Positions 36,992 through 49,640 of a stretch of DNA of 64,000 nucleotides are shown piece by piece; the stretch's first letter is position 1; each line of letters begins with the position of its first letter. The notes beneath the pieces are model-generated. The model was not told the DNA's origin, did not search any database, and saw nothing but the letters and a program-made list of their open reading frames with translations. This DNA comes from Geosiphon pyriformis uo1 (lineage: Eukaryota; Fungi; Glomeromycota): NCBI GenBank assembly GCA_016748015.1, contig JAAOMT010000515.1, forward strand, positions 392,665-456,664, read 5' to 3'. A program made the translations under genes and the position numbers.

Positions 36992-39900
36992 ACTGTAATT
37001 CGTGTGAATAAAAAAAAATAACAAAGTAGCGAGAGGCGAAAACAAAACGAGTTTTTAAAAACTATGATATGGGAGTTTGCCATTTTTTATAGCTGTAAAT
37101 CAATTAATGTTGTTTGCTTTAAGAATAGTGTTGATGATGAGCCCACCTAAACCAATTTTTTAAAAAAATTTTTCAAACACTTCGATGGAATCCATTCATA
37201 GTAATTTTTTCAGGGCTAAAAGTGATAGGGATTTTCTCGACTGGTTTGTTGCCAAGTTTTTTCAAAGAACAAGAATCTCTCATTATAATCATGAGCTTAT
37301 GGGAAATTTCTTTTTGGTTTTCCATATCCAAGAATAGGAAAGCAGATGTCTTTATTTAAATCTTTGTCCTGCACTTTTAAAAAGATTTTATCATTGTTGT
37401 TGTTGTTGTTGTTGTTCATTTAGAAAGTAATTTTTCAAAGGCTGAACTCGTATTTGTTTGAGAAGCTAATTAAAAAAGTCAATTAATTTAGCTATTTTTT
37501 GAAGATTCTAGCATTATTATTGTTGAGAATCAAATGAATCGCTACATAAAGCAGCAATGTACAAAGTTATTCTTCTTTAGAAAGATTTTCCCAATATTTA
37601 TGCATTATTGATTTAAATTGTGTCATACAATCTGATTCGTAATCCATATTGCCACCGCCGCCAAATATATGAAATCTAGTTTCGAATTTTAGAAAAGCCG
37701 CCGATATCTTAAACATATCGAGTATTTTTATAACGAAAAGCGAGAGATTATCAATGAACTTAATAAAAGGATCTTATTAATAACAAGAATTCTAGTTATA
37801 AATATCAATTTTACGCTAAGTTTCCTAATATCTTTTGCATAAAAAGTCTTTGAAAACCACATTATTCGAAAAGGTGCTCCGTTAAATTGGAATCTTCCAA
37901 AGTAAAAAATGTGGTTTTTTTTTACAAAGAAATATATGTATGCTGCAAATTAATTATTCTGTTCTATGGCAACATGGCGTAATGACTTTTTTATGTGCTG
38001 CAGCTTATTACTTGCATATATTGACGATCCAATTGAATGATAAGATTTCGTGATCGATTTTTATAATCTAAAACGTATCATATAACCCAAGACACATTAA
38101 AATAAAAGCTTCTCGATATATCTTCTACACTCGTTCTTATTATGGTTCTAAATTAAAATTATTATATTATTATTTAACCATTTTATGATTTTAATATAAA
38201 TTTATATATTTTTACAAAGAAATTTATAAATTTATCTATTTTTAACTGAAATTTTTATTATTCCTATTTCTTTTTTTAACACTAGAAATAGTTTCTTTGG
38301 ACATCTTAGAAGTGCCTCTTGCAGATAAATTCCTGAATGCTGTAGAATAACAAAAGATGTTACTGCTAATGAATTTTTTATGTTTTTGCAACATGTGTGG
38401 TGACTTAAATTCTCGAAATAGATACTTGTTTTAAAATCAGACCCCTTAAAAGTTGTTGTTTTTTCATCTTGCATTCTGTCGTCCTGCCAATTACTCTCCA
38501 TAGTCTAGCAGCTTTTTTGGTGTTGTAAAATACCTAGCGTCTGAAATTCGTAATTTTTCCCATCATACAAAATATAGCAATGTTTAAAGTTTTACTATAA
38601 ATACCTGGGGAAGTTATTTTAGAAGAAAGATCTTAAAGCTGTTTAATATAAAGCGATTGATAGAAAAACTCTATAATCGAAAAGGATACACCTTAATATA
38701 TTCAGGAAATGATTGGAAAAAAAATTAGGATCATAATCTGGCTCACCACAATACTAAAAAAAAACTTGGATAAAAATTTATGACTGCTGATGATGACTGT
38801 AAATTAGATGACCCCATCCATGAAAAAAGATTTAATTGCAAAGAAACACAAGGCCTAAACATGATAAGATGTAAAGTCAATTGATCTCAAAACCTATATT
38901 TTCTAAGGCTAAACCATTTTTTTATTATTATTTATATCTAAAAAAATCTTTTTTGATTTAAAACGCCTTTGTTCAGATCTGGATTGTGCTATTAAATCAG
39001 TAAGAAATTTAAATTTATTTAAAGCAAATAAAGAATTCGAATGAAAAGTTATTTCATTGTATTCATTTCTTTAGTTAGCGTGATTTTTTCATAGATTTTG
39101 GAGTGCCTAACTATTTAGGTCGAACATGCATGTTCTAAATTTCGAGGTTGTACAGTTTCAGCTATAGAACTTGCAAAGAAAGTGGTTGATAAAAACATCT
39201 TTTCATAGAAAACTAATAGACTCTTTAAAGTAATGAAATTATTTTTTATATTCATTTGAGTTTAAATTTTATACTTTTTGTGGGTAGAGTAAATACTCAA
39301 AAATCAAAGAATTTACTAAAAAAAAACAAATTGAAATGTATAATATAGTTTTCATTAAATCTGATAGTAACTAAAATTCTGTAATATAGTTGAAATGAGC
39401 AACGTGTCTAAATCTATATAAAATTTAAATAATTAATTATGCAAAGTTTCTCTTTAAATTCAAATTATATTAATTTACATGGCCTAAAAACTAAGCCAAA
39501 ATTTATATAGCATCAGCTATTTGTAAAACAAATATCCAATTTCCATGAAAAAATACTATCTTAATAAGATTCTAAAAAAGTTAGTTTTCTGTAATAATAA
39601 AATATTTTTCTTAAGCATCTTTGAGCATGTCCAGTCAGATAAATAGCAATTCATTTATTTGATCCCAATTACTTAAATAACTTATTTTATTTGAGCTATA
39701 AAAGCTTTATAATATTTATTGTTTAACATAGCCTACCAATGTAAATGAATGTTAAATAACCATATGCTCTCAATTATACAATTTGAAACTTGGTATCTCT
39801 TAATCGTAGTTTGGTCATTTGAAATTCTAATTTTTCAGAGAAATAAACAAGAATGTTGAAAAATATTGACTCAAAAATGCTTGTGAAAATTTTTAATTTA

Positions 39901-41854
39901 TAATAAGTTTTTATGAGTTTCTTAATTAATGATTATATCTTTTTATAAAATGTTTTTAATACTAAAATACCAAAATATAAAAAATTTTATTACAGATTAA
40001 AATCTATTTATTCTAAACATTGGAATTTTTGAAACATGAACTGGTAAAGTCATATTTTAAACATGAAAATGACTGTACAATTCTGAATAATTAAATTTTT
40101 TTTTGGTAAATTATTCACATATTTTATTTTTGTTATACATTAGCTTATTTATTCTGGTCTATTTAATCTTGTCAATATTTGTTTTTATTTTAAAGATTAT
40201 TATTAATATTCTTATTAATTGAAATATTTACAATAATAAATTTAAACTCTTTCAAAAAATTTCTAAACAATAATTAAACTAAGTATTAATATTTTTGCTA
40301 ATAAAAATTCAAATATTAATAAAATTTTTCAAGTGCAATTTTAAATAGTGAATCCTTTTTTGAAACTTAGATTGCATTGGACAATATATGTTAAATATCA
40401 CAATTAATTTTTATTCAATATCAATGCAGATATTTTTTTAGGAATAATTAAAGCTTAATAACTTTATGAGATTTTATAAGTAAATTATGAGTGAAATTAT
40501 TATATTATAATATAAATTCTAATAAAAACAATATATTTTATTATTGAAATAAATTTTTCAATTTAAAATATCAAAAAATATTGTGTAATTTATTAATTAA
40601 TATATTATTTTGACAAATTGTCAGTTATTTTTTAATTTGTTAAAGAAATAAACAATTTCAAAATAAATGCTAATTACTCTATTTTTATTTCTATTATTTT
40701 TAAACCTAATATGTAAATTGTTAAATTTCAAATTGCTTATGTTTTTTTTGCAAAATTTTAATTTGATTGTGAAATAGTTAAAAAAAATTATCAATACTAA
40801 AACTATAAAAAATACGGAGAAAATATTTGATACTATAAAAATCCAAAGAAAAGTTTGAAAAAAGGAAATACTAGAACCAAATATCAATGAAAACATCGAT
40901 TTAAATAATAATAGCCTAAATAATTAAAACAAAATATATACACAATATTTTATTGGTAATTATTTTATGAATATTTAGTTTTTTAATGCTGTTATAAATA
41001 ATTAATAAGTGCTTGCTATTTTAAATTTCAAATTAAAACAAACAATAAATTAAAAACTTAAAATAAGCTTTTATGTTAAACTTAAATTTTGTTTTTAAAT
41101 ATGTTATTTGTTTTTTGAATTAAAATTTGAGATATTTTACAATAATATTTAAACAAAAATTTATTATTTTCTCAAATATTTTAAAATCAAAAAACAAAAA
41201 ACAATTTTTATTATAAAAAGATTTTTGGTAATAAATTTAAATGTTTTCAACAAAAAAATAGTTATTTGTATAAATAAAAATAATATTATTACAATTTGGC
41301 AATTGATTTTTTTTGACAATTAATTTGATATTTAATTATAATTTTAATAAAAAATAAGAATATAACAAACAAATATTATATAAATTACAACTAATATATT
41401 CATATATTATTTTTAAGTTTTTTATTGTAATTTGTAACTTAATATTATAAATTGATTAATGTATTTTTGTTTAATATAATTAATTATTATAATCAAATTT
41501 TTAAAACTTATTGTTTATTTTTATATTATAAGAAAAAGCTAATAAGATAGAAAATATTTATTTTTTTCTTTGATTAATAAAAATTTAATATTAAAAAAAT
41601 TCTAATATATAAGTAATAAGTTATTTAACAAATATTTAATCAAATTGTAATTTATAATATTATGTTAATTTTATGTTTTCAATAAGTTTAATGTTTTTAT
41701 TTACAAATCTTAAAACTAATTATTTAAATTAATAAAAATAATAAAAATTCAAAAAAAAATAAGAAAAAAAATTAATTATTGTACTTATATTTTGACAATA
41801 TTTTATGATATTTAAATAAAAATTTATAATATTAAAAATTATTAAAAATTATTA

Positions 41855-42395
41855 AACTTAAAAATAACAACAAAATCAACAATAATAATAGAAACAACAA
41901 TAACAATAATAATAATAATAATAATAACAAAAATAACAACAACAAAAATAATAACAATAAAAACAACATAAACAATAATAACAAAAATAATAATAAAAAC
42001 AATAATAATAAAAACAATAATATAAACAATAATAATAATAATAATAATAATAATATAAACAATATTAATAATAATAACAAAAACAATAATAAAAACAACA
42101 ATATAAATAACAATAACATAAAGAACAATAACAATAATAAAAATAATAACAATAGTATAAAAAACAATAACAATAATAAAAATAATAACAAAAACAAAAA
42201 CATTAATAATAATAACAACAAAAATAACAACAAAAAAACAATAATAATAATATCAACAAAAACAATAGCAATAATAATAACAAAAAAACAATATAAATAA
42301 CAATAATAATAAAAACAATAACAATAACAAAATAATAATAATAATAATAAAACCAATAATAATAACAACAATAAAAATAATAATAATAATAATAA
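41855..42395. repeat. Degenerate (AAC/AAT)n low-complexity tract (~540 bp)
   Basis: Almost entirely AAC/AAT/AAA triplets, with very few G. Confidence 0.9.
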
Positions 42396-42971
42396 AATAT
42401 TATTTTTTATTATTTATCAAATTAATAATATTAATTTTATAAAGATTATAATTAATTATATAAAAATAGACTAATTTTTTTAAAAAATATAAAATTAATA
42501 AATTAATATAAATTAAATAAACTAATTTTTAAAAAATTAATTATCTTTGTAATTAAAAAATGACTTTTATAAATTGTTTTAAATAAATATATATTATTAT
42601 TATTATTGTTATTGTTATTAAATAATTTATTATGTTGTTGTTGTTCAATATTTTTTTTGTATAGTTTATTAATTTTGAAAACTAATAATACAAAATTTTA
42701 AAAACTTTATCTGTAAATATTTTTATGATTGATACTTTTTTATTTAAATACTATTAAGTCTTAACAACTTTTTTAATAATAAACAATTAAAAATAAAATA
42801 AAACAAAGTAATTATAAGTTCAATATTCTTAAAAATAATATTAAATATTAAGGTATTATTATAAAAACAATTATAGAAAAAAATTTTTTGTCACTAATTT
42901 TTATAATAATATTATGATTAAATCTTTTATTTTTTAGTTTTTAATTAATTATTTTTTATTATTATTATTTT

Positions 42972-45900
42972 ATGAGTAAGATCCAAACACTACCTAGTGC
43001 TATACATCAAAAAAATAATTTATACTAAGTGTGAATTATGCATTTACTACAAGTAACCAGCCATTTGGGCTGATCAGAACATTAATATATAGTTATACGA
43101 ACAGAAACAAAGTCATTTATATCCTAGAAAAATAAACATGATTTGTGAAAACCAAAACAAATGCCCAACGCCTCAGCAATACCAAGCAATTTGACCACAC
43201 CAGCAGAAAGCCCTGAAGCTAAACCCAAAACTGTCGCAAAAGTTGAACTATCTAGTGGAATTAGGTTGGCTTTCTTTATATATGCTTGATGTTTAATATG
43301 GACCAACCAGATATTATCTCTAAAAGTGAGACCAAGAGATCTCACAAACTTAACAACCTCCAAACCAGCAACTTTTGGATCATGAAAGACAGAAACAGCT
43401 TTGCAAAACCAACTATTAAACACAAAACTCTTATAAAGGGCCATAGAGACCATGAAATCAGAAACACAAGATAATAACAACTGTAATACACAAGAAGAAT
43501 AATGAAATAAACCAGAAAAAGTTTTCCAAGAATTAATATAAGAGTCCAATATATGAGATTGAGTAGAATCGTCAATTTTACAAAAGAACACATAATCCGA
43601 AGTCTCCACCTCACCACAATATAAACAAAGCACACTAGGATAACATCTGTTGTAAAGATGCTTCCGAACTGCAACAGGAAGCCAATGATGCAAAGCCTTC
43701 ATGAAATAAGTACAGATGCCAGCCGAAGGTTTGCTAGTAAAACCAGTGGCCATATGCAAATTAGAATGTCAAACCAGCAAAGAGCAGGGCCAATCTACCT
43801 CAGAAAGCAAGCTACTAGCCAAAAACTTAGAACCAGAACCAATTTTCCAGCATGCGTGACAAATGGAGCAATAAATATTGTAAACAAAATGTCTGGAATT
43901 TCCAGAAACTACACTATTACCAACAACTATAAAATGTTTATCCAAGCAAGGAATAAGACACCAACCAGAAAGAGAAGCAGCACCAGCAATCAAGTTAGCA
44001 TGCTCATTTCCAGAAATACCAGAATGACTTTTTACCTTGTGCCAACTGACATTTAAGTTCTTACATCTAACAACATTTGCAATATGTTGGCATTCTACCC
44101 AACACTAATTGTGAAAATCTGGACACACAAGACTCAATTCAGACTTGTATGCATCCAGAACAGATTGACTATCTAAGAACAACTGAACAGAATTAGATGT
44201 AGGAACACACTCCAAAGCCAATGCAATAGTCTGCAATTCTGTCAGAGTAGATGACATCAAATCTGAAACACCAACACCAAGGCCCAGACCAATGTTCTCA
44301 AAAAAAGCAGCAGCACCAGCCCTACAGCCTGTTGTGCCCAAATTCTTCAGAGATCTATCTGTGTATACAGATATGTCACTTGACCCAACACGAGAAAGAC
44401 AGTCACAAATAGAAACAAAATCATTAGAATCAAGGATATTCAGAGAAACAGCACTATTTGAAGCCAGAGAACCAGCAGAAGGAGAATTCACACTATTAAG
44501 AAAAATCATAGCGAGCTTAAACTATTCAGGAATGGGGCCATGAAAGTTGAGCCTTTTCTACTGCTTGAAGGTATACCAATTAAATATGGCACCATTATAA
44601 TTATGAAGTTGGTTCATGAAAGCAACACTGAACCTCCAGAGAGAAGAGAGAAATCTGGAAAACATCAACTCACCCAGAATAGAAGACATAAAAATACTAC
44701 TGCAGGACCAAAAAGAGTTGGCCAAAGAGCTACCCAAAAACAAATTGCAATCAAGAAGAATATAGATCATGCCTGCCAAAAAGTTATTAGAAGCACTAAC
44801 ATGAATACGAACAGGAGAACTCAATAGATGAACAGGATACCAACACCAAACTTGCAAATCATGAGACCTATGCACAAACAGGTGACCCAAAATCCCACCA
44901 AAGTTCACAAAACTGACAAGAAAAGCAACCTTGTATTCAGACTGAACTTGCAAAAAAAATTTCAAACTATAAAAAGAAGAGTGATAAAGCATATTACTAG
45001 GAAAATTGAGGGAGAGACCAGATTTAAGCTTCAAGCTCTTATGAATCAGAGCATCTTATTTGCTACAGATGCTGACTGGAACAAAACTAAATTGTGTTCA
45101 ATAACTGACTATGGGTTGGAGAACTGCTAACACCAAGTATAAGAATTGTTTATTAGAGACAGTCTTTTTTAGAACTAAATTGACAAAAAATTAAACATTT
45201 AAATGTGCTTTAACTAAACTAGGTCTCGAAAGACCTTCAGTTGAAAGAAAAATATCCAGATACTGATAAAACTCCCCTTTTTTGGCAATAGAGATGGGTA
45301 AACCACTGATAGAAAGAGAAGGACTACTGACCCGGCTATTGATCAGAATGACCACTGTTTTGTCATTATTAATTGAGATATTATTAACCCGAAAAAATTT
45401 ACTGGCAACATTAAAAATATGTTAAATAGCAGTCTGACTGCTACCAACCCAAATTGTGTCATCAACAAAAGCACCAGCAGCAAAAAAAAAAAAAAGCCCA
45501 GCCTGAGATTCAGGGCAACCACTTTTGGAAACAAAATGAGAGTTTAATCTGTATCCACATACACTTTCCTGTCTCTTGACCTTACACAACAGAGGATCAT
45601 AAAATATGCGCCACAGAAGTGGAGAGAAAACTTCCCCTTAATCCAAACCATCATGAACACAATAATCATCAGTCAAACCAAAATCTGTCATAACTTAGTT
45701 GGTACAATCCCTGTGAATACTACTAAAAAATCAAATGAATTTGCTACACATTTTAATCTTAATCAAACTTTTCTCAAGATGCTTTCAGCTGACTGAATTA
45801 TAAGCTTTTTGCATGTCCTGCAAAACCAGCCAGAGTTCTTGGTTCTTTTCCAAGACATCTTCAATTACTGAACCAATAGTAAAAATGAGAAACTGAATAG

Positions 45901-48900
45901 TCATATCCTTCAAAACCAAAAAATTGTCCTTATGAAGAACATTAAAAGCACTGCAGACTATGGAAATCTTATCAGAGAGAACCTTAGAAAGAATCTTGCA
46001 AGCCATCTCGAGTAATACAATGGGTTATGTATTTGTTAAAACACTCTCCCACTTATAAGGTTTGGAAATTATCAAGACCCAGGCCTCTTTCCAAGGACTG
46101 GGTACAGATTCACCAGTTAAACAAGAATTTAAAAGCACCAACAACATGTTTAGAACCAGCTTATCACAATGTTTCTAAAGTTTATTAGATATCTCTGACA
46201 AACCGGCAGCTTTGCCATCAAGAAGATCAGAAACTACCCTAAACAATTCATCAAAACTGACTGAATTCATCACACCAGAAAAAGCTTCATCAAAAACATA
46301 CTCCAACAGACAGTATTGGTGGCATCAATCATCTGAAACACTATCAATTACTCAACGTTTCCTAGTCCAGCCTTTTATGATTACGTCCATTTTAGACCTA
46401 ACCAAATCAAGTTCCAAAATCAGTTCATCATTAACGACTAAATGATTGAGCACCACCTTATGAAATGGACATTCAAGCATGCTTCTTATTGTATGATCCT
46501 TATTCACTTTAAAACTCTCCATCTTTTTATTGATGGCAGACCTAATATTTGCCTTTTTAGCACACTGAGATTCAGCAAGCTTTGATGCACAATAGGATTT
46601 CCTGGCACTTAAAAGAGCAGAACAAACACGACCAAGGTCCACATCAGAAGTTATCATAGACTAAATAACTGAAATCTTATTACTGTTCAGAGAATTCCAA
46701 CATCTCATAAGAGAATCAAAAAACTCAACATTCTTCTCACGAGACGTCTTGATAATCCTAGAAACTAAAAGCTCCAACTTGTGAAATCTTGAAGATTCTT
46801 TGGTGAAGATCTTATCAAAGCCCCTAAACTACTTTTTTTTGAACACTTTGTTTGCCGAAAGAACCATAATTTTGTGAACAATCTTCCACATAGCATCTAG
46901 ATCTGAAAACTTTTCTGACACACAAAATTTATCTGCAAACATTGTGATATTATCCAATGTAGCACACCTAAAATAACTCATTTATTTTCATTAGCACCCT
47001 TGAAATCAAATTTCCATCTGTTCCTGTTTGTTTGTTTGCAAAGAGAGTTCAATCGTGTGTTCAAAAGTCCACCCAAACCCAAAGACACAGAAACAGCCTG
47101 ATGATCTGTGTAGAAATACTCACTGATATCCAAAACATCATAATGTACTAGTGCATTAACCAGATTAAGAGAAACAAACATAAAATCAATTGTTTTTCGA
47201 ACACCTCTAGAATTCGCCCAAGTAGACATTTTCAAGATCTGGCTCCCAACCAAAGAATTGACCAGCCCCAAATCAAGGCATTTTTTGAAACTAGCATACC
47301 TACGAAACCCATTTTCATTAAAATTACCACCAAGAACAATGAAAGAAGACTCATTAACAGTTTTTGCGATAAGAGAGTTAATCACAGCCTGAAAAAACTG
47401 AACTGCTGTAGATACGCCAGTGTAGAGTCCCAAAATTGACACCAAAAGTTTGTTTTTGAAAAGCAATTTAATAGATAGGAACTGACCTGGCACCTCAGAG
47501 ACTTTACATACATGCCTAGCTAAAGAAGAGTTCATAATAATTACAACACCAGCACCCAGATAACCAGAATCCAGACCAGAAGTAAACACCTGAACACCAA
47601 CAAATCTGTTAGTCATCCAGAGTTGTATCTTTCTTTTAAGCTTTGACTTCGTAACAATAGAAATAAGATTGTTCATGTCCTTGTGCCAATGAATAACATC
47701 ATCTTGTTTTGCAGGATTGTTCATTTCACAAACATTGCACATGGCAATTTTCCAGATCAGTTCATTCATTGAGAAGGGGTTTGTGAGAACACACTACTTG
47801 CTAAAACCAAACCATCGAAGTGGACAGATAAGCTTAAAACAGATTTGAAGAGTCCTTCCAACATTTTTTCCAACTTAACAACATGGGGGGACACCAAAAG
47901 GTCCACAATCATAGCAGTCTCGTCATTATTGGCTTCACCCAAACCTACTCTTATCACTGTATCCTCTTCTTGAATCTGAGATGGGGGGGTTGCCAGCAGC
48001 TAACATTCAGGGCTAGGCTGAAAAACCACCAGTACAAGTAAATCCAACCTCTTAATCAACTCACTAATTTGTCCTGTGAGGTTGATAAGACTGCTCTCAA
48101 TACTGACTAGACAAATTTCTAAAACACTACTAACAAAAAGGATAGGTTTATTACTATCAATAGAACCAAGTAAAAATGGACTACCAAAAGATGTATAAAA
48201 AGGAGGTTTGCCAACCACATCTGCCCAAGTTTTTTCACCAAAAGCCAGAGGTCTAGAAATAGGCACAGACTTTTTCTCATAAATTTTGGCCAATCTAAAC
48301 TTATTCTGGACTGAGAGAGGAGCCCTTTTGCTATTAGGAATAAAGGACGCACCAGCTAACTTACAAACCAAACTCAAGTGATCTAGGGAATTGCAAACAG
48401 AACATAAAGGAGTGACCAAATGTAACCAGTAGAGACCAATGTCTTTTATAACTAATGTATTGGCCACAACCCGACAGAGTTGCATTCAATCAAGCATGTT
48501 TTTTCACCCACAGAACCAATGAAATTCCACAAATCATGAGCCATTGTTTCTATAGGAAGAGTGTAGAGCAACACCCTAAATTTATCCTTAATATCTCATG
48601 TCTGTTTATTGATGTCAGTCCTGGCCACACGAACCATATCTTTACCAATGAGGATTGACCATTTAGCAGCCAACAGATCAGTCTAACTTTGATCTTCCAA
48701 TTTGATGATCGCCTTTTGCCACAAACCCACCAGTTGCATTTTGATCATCTTAATTTGTTCAAATACAGACACAGCCATGCACACAGCCTCAATAGAAGTT
48801 CTCACAGGAATCTCTTTTAACACAATTGCCTGATTTGTACAGTTGTTTACAAGGCACTTAAAATTGGTGTTTACCACAACACCACAATCATTTGCCAACT

Positions 48901-49640
48901 TTCCAGCAGCCATCATTGCCTTTTCCAAAGTGAAAGTCGCATGAATAATTCTACCAAATTTTGAGGGAGTAGAAGCCCCCCCAAAACTATTCACACTTGA
49001 AAAAATTTTCCTAATAAAACATAATTTTTCCTGAGAAGACTTCCCAGCAATAGCCACAAGATCAATATCTAAAGCAAAAGACTTGCAAACAGACACTTAA
49101 ATAGACAGTTTGATAGGTAGAGAGGGTGGGAGAAGAAAAAAATTGTCTAACACATCATCATCTGTATTGACAGCACCATAATCAATTACACTTAGAGACT
49201 TCCCTAACACTTTTTTGGTCTTTACATGCAAACCCTTTGGCATTTAATTAGGATCCTCTTCCATAAAAGCACCACTCTTACCATAGTCAATACTGGTTTC
49301 TTCAACCAAGCACTCCTTCTTTATGTCAATACTCTCAGACTTAGTAGTGTCACTTGTCTCAGAACCTCATGAACAAGTACCAGGAGCTTTAGCAGCAACC
49401 CCTCTATTATCAATACCATCTGTCAATACACCTTCCTTTCTCTTCTTCCTCAATACAACTGCCTTAAAACCACCCTCAGAACCAGAAACTTTAATAGTCT
49501 TCTTTATAACAGCAATAACAGGGCCAACAGTGGCCTCATAATCAAAGAATGATTTTAATTTATCATACTGAATGGTAAAAAACTTCTTTCAAAAAAACTT
49601 TTAACTCTTTTTTGGGAATTTTGGATAAAGAAGAGAAAAA
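42972..49640 (-). mobile_element. Full-length degenerate non-LTR retrotransposon (LINE-A): ORF1 + ORF2 (APE, RT, RNase H, CCHC)
   Basis: ORF1 ~49540-47766 with knuckle CSVCNSLDHLSLVC. ORF2 from 47769: IAMCNV, GGNFNE, IDFMFVS, TDH (APE); LQDMQKAYNSV, FSPLLW, AFVDDTIW (RT); VYTDRSL, ELQT, DSQS (RNase H); CLYCGEVETSDYVFFC. Conserved 3' tail at ~42972-43085. Many stops. Confidence 0.92.

Noticed and set aside
37480-38900. Possible F-box or other gene relics, including ORF 38232-38501
   Set aside because: No motif could be assigned with confidence.
39611-39655. Possible lipase motif IAIYLTGHAQ on the minus strand
   Set aside because: Too short, with no supporting flanking motifs.
41832-42371. 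179-aa poly-Leu 'membrane protein' ORF
   Set aside because: Artefact of reading an AAC/AAT low-complexity tract on the reverse strand.
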